From NCBI GenBank assembly GCA_001799845.1, contig MGUG01000035.1, positions 717 to 64,716 on the forward strand: a DNA stretch of 64,000 nt, given 5' to 3'. The position numbers were made by a program, and so were the translations under genes. The notes under the pieces were generated by a model. The model saw nothing but the letters and a program-made list of their open reading frames with translations. It did no database searches and was not told the origin of the DNA. Shown here in pieces: positions 54,701-60,700 of this stretch; the stretch's first letter is position 1; each line of letters starts with the position of its first letter. The DNA is from Elusimicrobia bacterium GWC2_64_44. Its GTDB lineage: Bacteria > Elusimicrobiota > Elusimicrobia > Elusimicrobiales > UBA9959.

Positions 54701-57700
54701 GCCGGACTGCCAGGGCGTGGTAGCAAGCTGCCACCAGGTGGCGGAGGGGCTCAGCGTGCCGTAAGAGGTAACGCTGTTCCAGACCTCGGGCGAATTTTCC
54801 ACGGTCCAGCTGGAATCGGACACGCGCCAGTAATGGTCGGCCTTGGGGCCGGTCAGCTGCTTAATGCGCAGCTTGATCTCAGTGGTCACGCCGAAGGGTT
54901 TGTCGTAGGCCTCGCCCGTCACCTTGCCGGTCTGGCTGATATAGCCGTTATTGTACGGGTAGGTGATGGTATTGGTCGGGCTCGTGACGTCGTAGACGAA
55001 GGTGGACTTGACCGAGGGTGTTTCCTGGTTGGTCGCGCGGTCGGTGGCCCAGGAGGTGACCGTGTACTGCTCGCCGTCTATATAGGCGGCCTCGCCGTCC
55101 ACCAGGTAGGTCCAGTTGGCGTAAGGCGGCGAGCCGGGCAGAGGCTGCGCCGGGCCCCAGCCGATACCGTTCCAGTAGTCGCCGTTGGACTTGCGCAGGT
55201 AGAACTTAAGGTCGTTAACCCCGGAGAAAGCGTCCGAGGTGGAGCCCAGCAGGGTTATCTGCTTGGCGGCCAGCGGCAGGTGGGCGTTGTTGGCCGGGTA
55301 CGAAACCGCGGAGCCGGGGATCTCCGTGTCGAACTGGAACGTGGCGGTGGCATAGGTCACGTCCCAGTTGCCGTACTCGTCGCGGGACCTGACGCGGACG
55401 CGGTAATTAGCGCCGCTGGTCCAGGAGGAGTCCTCTATGGTGTAAGTCCAGGTGGCGGAGGTGTCCCAGACCGTCACCTGAGGAGTTATCCACGGGGCGT
55501 CGTTGTCCGAGGCGCAGGTAGTGTCGTTCCAGGCCCCGCTCAGCGCCGGGTCATAGCACTTGCCCTGGTTATAGTTCATCATGCTGAACTGCACGGCGTT
55601 GGCGCCGGAGTTATCGTCGGCGTAGCCGGACAGGGTAGTAAGCGTCCTGTAGGCGACGGCCGACGGCGAGGTAATGACGCTGACCGGCCGCTGGTTCAGG
55701 AAGTCACGGGTGGAATACACCACCGAGTAGTTGCCGGCGTAATCCAGCGCGCGCGCGGATACAGTATAAGTGGCCTTCTCCACCAGCATGGACGGGGAAA
55801 CGGTGTAGTACCAGGAGGTCGGCCCCATCCTGAAGGAGTCGTTCCAGGTTTCAGGCTCGGTAACCCACTGGGTCAGCGCGGCGCTCCAGTAGCGCGTGGT
55901 GCCGCCGGTGCCGGTGGAAATGCGCACCTGCGTCTTGCGGAAACCGGCTATGTCCCCGTCGGCGCTGCCGTAGATATTGGTGTTGGCGTTCAGCGACAGC
56001 TCCGTCGGCGTGGTGATGGCCACGGCGGGCGGCGTGTCGTCGACAATAAAGCGCTTCGTGTTGGCGCCGGTGACGGCCGTCTCCCAGTTGCCGTCGGTGC
56101 CGCCGTTGTAGGGGCGCGCGGCGTCCATGGAGCGGCTTTCCAGCTTGTACTCCCTGTCCCCCGCGGGCCAAATGATATCGGTGGGATACAGCCAGGAACC
56201 GGAGCCGGAGGCGTCCCTCCACGACACGGAACCCGCGGCGGTGCCGGAGCTGAAGACGGCGCCCACCCAGTACCAGGTGTCGTTGGAGAGCAGGTAGGAC
56301 AGGCGGATCTGGCTCTTCTCCACGCCGGCGTTGTTGGCGGCGTAGAAATTATCCAGCGCCCCGCCGTAGAAGCGGGAAGAGGTGCCGGACTTGCCGATAC
56401 TGGCGGATTTGTAGCGGCCGCTCTCGCCGTCGCCGTAGTCGGCCGGCAGCGTGATCGAGGTTGCCGGCGGCTGCTTGTCCACGTAGATCACGCGCGACGA
56501 GATATTTACGGCCAGGTCCTCCTGGATATTGCCGGCCACGTCGGTGGAGCGCACCAGTATCAGGTACTTGAGGCCGCCGGTCATGGCGGTGTCGAGGCCG
56601 GCCGGGACATAGGCCCAGCTGGTGGCGTCCGGTGACAGGAAACTGCCGCCGCCGGCCACGTCCCGCCAAACCGGCTCGGCCTGCAGAGAGTTAAAGCCGG
56701 CGCCGTCGTACCAGAGCTGCGGGCTGCCCCACTGGTGCACGGCTATCTGCACGCCTTCGTTGCGGCCGTTGTCCGAGGCCGTACCGGAGATCTGCGGCAG
56801 GGCGCTGACGCCGGAGGCGCCTGTGGGCAGCAGTATCCTGGCCGTCGGCGAGGCGGTGTCAATGGTGAACTGCTGGTAAGGCGCCGGGAAATATTTGGCG
56901 CGGTTGGCCTTGTCCGTAATGCGTGCCTGCACCTCGTAGGTGCGGCTGTTCTCAAAAACCGGCAGGCCGGTGTTGAGATACCAGTATTCCAGCGCGGAAT
57001 CGAAAGCCCCGTCGTCGGCCACGGTCTGGAGCCAGGTCACGGAAGCCTCCCAGCTGTCGCCGTCCCAATAGTAGGTGCCGGCCAGCGTGGAGATGGCCAC
57101 CTCGACGTTCTGCACCTTGCCCTCGCCGGAGTCGCTGGCGGTACCGTAGATGGAAGGCAGGCTGCGCTCGTACACGGCGTTGGGCTCCACCAGGGTGCTG
57201 GCCGGGTCGTCGCCGTCGATATAGAAATAGCGCTCGGAGAACGGCGTGAGCTCCAGCGTGGCGTCGGCGGCCGCGCGCACCTTCAGGCTGAAGCTGTTGG
57301 TGCCGGCGGGCCAGATGCCGGTGATGTTCTTTGACCATAGCCCGCCGCCCACGCTGTCCACGCCGAAGTAACCGCACGAGGCAACGCCGACTTCGTAGGA
57401 CTCGTCGGTGCAGCCGGCGAGGTAGGTGGCGGTGGAGATCCAGCCGCCCGGGGTCCAGACCTGGTCAGGCTCGGCGGTAAGGTTGGTGATCATCACCTGC
57501 GCCGTAGTGGCGGCGGCCAGGGAGCCGTTTATAAAGCTCAGGTCCGCGGGCCTGTAATACGGGATGCCTCCGAGGGGCACGGATATGGACGAGTCCGGCA
57601 TCGGCGTTATCTTGTTTATCCTTATCAGGGCGGAGCCGGTGGGCGGCGTGGTAAAACCGGCGTAGCCGGGGAAGGTGGTCTTGTTCCCGACGGCGTCCAT

Positions 57701-60700
57701 CGCGCGAGCGAAGACCAGGTAGGTAAGGCCGTTCTCCAGGACCGGGATGCTGGACCCCGTCACGGTCCACTGCACCGGCGTGGCGGTATTGGTGGAAGCT
57801 TCCACGAAGGCCGTGTCCGGCGGCGGGTTGACGTCGTCGCCTACGTCGAAGGTGCCGACGGAGGCCGGGTTCCACCACTTGCGGGCCGTAAGGCTGAAAT
57901 AGGCCACGTGGACGTGCTTGATGGCCGTGTAGGAGTCCTGGGCCGTGCCGGCCACGGTGTCGAGCACGTAGACATTCTCGGAGGCCGGCTGCTGTATCAG
58001 CGCGGCCGGGGTGCTCTTGTCCACTTTAAAGGTGTTGCGGTTGCGGCCCTGCACAAAGATGGCTTCGACATTGGGTTTTGGCCCGTTGTCTTTATCCAGC
58101 GCGCTGTCCATGGAGCGGACACGCACGTGGTAGGAGCGGCCGTCCGCGGCCGCCGCGAACAGCGAGGCCGTATTGTAGGAATAGGTGCTGTCGGCGACGT
58201 TGGGCATGTCCTTCCAGGTGGCCGCCGAGCCGCAGGTGCCGGAATAGTCGGTGCCGTTCCAGCAGGTGTTCTCAAGGTCGTCGCGGATCTCCACCTGCAT
58301 GCCGCTGACGCTGCCGCCGGAGGCCAGGCCCGCGAGCGGCAGGTCGGTGGCGGTGCCTAGCACGGAGGCCAGCTGGTAGCCGGGCTGGTTGCTGTACCAG
58401 TTGTCGTTGAGCGGGCTCAGCAGCGTGGAAGTGGGCGGCTGCACCTCGTAGCGGAAAGAGAGCTTCAGCGTTTCGGAGGAGCCCTTGTTGCGGTAGTCCT
58501 CGTCGGGCAGGTCCACGTTGTCCTGCGACCAGGCGTAGACCAGGAACTCGTCGGCCGTGGGCACCGGCACCGGCGGGTGGCCGGGGTAATCCACGTCGGA
58601 CCAGAAGCCGCCCATGCTCTGGTGGGCCCAGTCCAGCGCCGGGGCCTGGCAAGAGTCGTCGCGCTCGTTCTGGGGCATCCAGCCGGTGCCTGTGCCGGTC
58701 CACCATTTCAGGTCCGACAGGCGCTGCACGCCTATGCAGGTCAGGTTCAGGCCGGCCTGGCGCGTGGTATCAGGCATGTCCTTGGCCGTGCCGGCGATGT
58801 TGGTGAGCTCGGTGTCCGAATAAGTGCCGCCGGGCAGCGGGTTAAGCACCTCGGTGGCCGGCGGCGTGGCGTCGTACTTGAAGACCACGGTGGAATAGAC
58901 GGTGGCGTAGTTGAGCGCCTTGTCCCGGGACTTCGCCACCAGGGTGTATTCCTCGCCACTGGTCCACTTGGCGGCCTCCTGTGTTTCGGAGGACTGCCAG
59001 ACATCGAAGGGGACGGTGGTGGTGGTGGCCGCCAGGTTCCATATAGAATCGGTCTGGGACACCCAGTTCTTAAGCGGCTTGCTCCACTTGGAGAGGTTTT
59101 CCGGGAATTCGAGCGAATACTCCACGCTGCCCACGCGCGAGATGGGGTCGTTGGAGGTGCCGATGAGCGCGGTCAGGGAGCCCAGGCCGTACTTGCCGCC
59201 GCTCACGGGGAACTGGATCTTGTTGGTAGGGGCGGTGCCGTCGTAGTAGAAGTAGCCGCTGGTGGCAGGGGAGAGCGCGGTGCCGGTGGAATTGCCGGCT
59301 GCGTCCTCGGCGTAAAGCGCCACGCTGTACCAGTAGCCGTCCTGCCAGTTGGTGGAGATGGCGATGCTGTAGCCGAACGGGTCTCCGGCGGGGGCGTACT
59401 GCGCCGAGGCGAACGTCGGCGCCGGCGAGGCGCAGGCCGAACCCCACTTGGTGCCGCCGCCCTGCTCGTAGACGCAGTAGCGCACCCAGCGCTTGCCTAT
59501 GACGGGGTCCACCACGTTGTCGGTGATGGCGCCCTCCAGCAGCGTCACGGAGTTCTTCCAGACGTTGGCGGGGTCGGCCAAGCTTACCGGGCCCTCCGGA
59601 TAGTCCATCGGGTCCATCAGGGGGCTCGGGCTGGTGACCGTCACGGTGGGCGCGCTCAGGTCGTAATAGAACTCGCGGTTGCTGCTGGCCGAACCCTGCG
59701 AGAAATAGTCGCCCTGGCGCTGCGCGATGCGGTACTTGCGGCCGTCGGTGAAAGTGGGCAGCTTGGCGTGCAGCACATTGTCCGGCACGCTCTTGACTAT
59801 GGTATCTATATTCTTATAGGTACACTCCGTGCCGCAGGAGAACTTGGTGATCTCTCCGGGCGGAGACGGGATCTTGACCATGTAGTACCAGGTGGCGGCG
59901 GCCTGGAAACCTGTGGCTGTAAAACCGGTCCAGTACTGGTCGTTCAGGTCGAAAACATTGTCCACGGAATCGCGCAGCTGCATCTCTATGTACTTGATGC
60001 CGGAGGCCGTGTCGGTGGATTTGCCCTGTATATAGGGTATGCTTTTTTTGCTGGAGTTGGCTTCGGGGAAAGAGAAGTTGCCGTCCGAAGGGGTCTTGTC
60101 CACCGTGAAGACCACGGGGTTGGACGGCGAGCCGAAGCCGCGGTCGTTGGTGCGGCCGCGCGACTCTATCTGGAAAGTCTGGCCACTGGCCTGGGCTACC
60201 GCGTCGTTGTACCAGCCGGTATGGGTCCAGCTCGCGACGCCGCCGGTGACCTGTATCCACTGCTGGCCGTAAACGCCGGGGTCTATATAGGCGTCGGCGC
60301 CGTTCCACTGGAAACCTGCCTGGGCGCCGCTGAGCAGCGTCACCCGCACCTGCGGGGCTATGGACGCCTGGCCCGCGGCAGGGGCGAAGCTGGCCGTGCC
60401 GGTTATGGAGGCGATACCGCTGGAATAGGAAATCGGCTCTACCGGGTAAGTAAGTTCCGAAGAGGGCACCGTGACGGTGGCGATGCCCACCTTTAGCACC
60501 TCGCGGGCGTCGTAGTTGATGACGCGCATGTCCATCGGTCCGGCGGAGACGGACTGGTCCACAGTGAAGTGGACGCTGACGGTGACGCTGGTAACGCCTA
60601 TCGGGGTCATGCTGGTGACGGTGACGCCGTCCAGCGGTTCCCCGTTGCGCTCGAAAGAGAGCGAGGGCGTCGGGTTATTGAAGAGGTTGGTGCCTGTCAG

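Noticed and set aside
21716-56635. Very long plus-strand ORFs antisense to the giant gene (21716..30724, 3002 aa; 31106..35836, 1576 aa; 37862..42814, 1650 aa; 43610..50866, 2418 aa; 52058..56635, 1525 aa)
   Set aside because: Their translations are low-complexity G/R/A/V/H/D-rich strings with no domain grammar. They arise because the high-GC, GC3-biased sense frame depletes stop codons on the opposite strand. The minus-strand frame gives a coherent repeat protein with a signal peptide and CTD.
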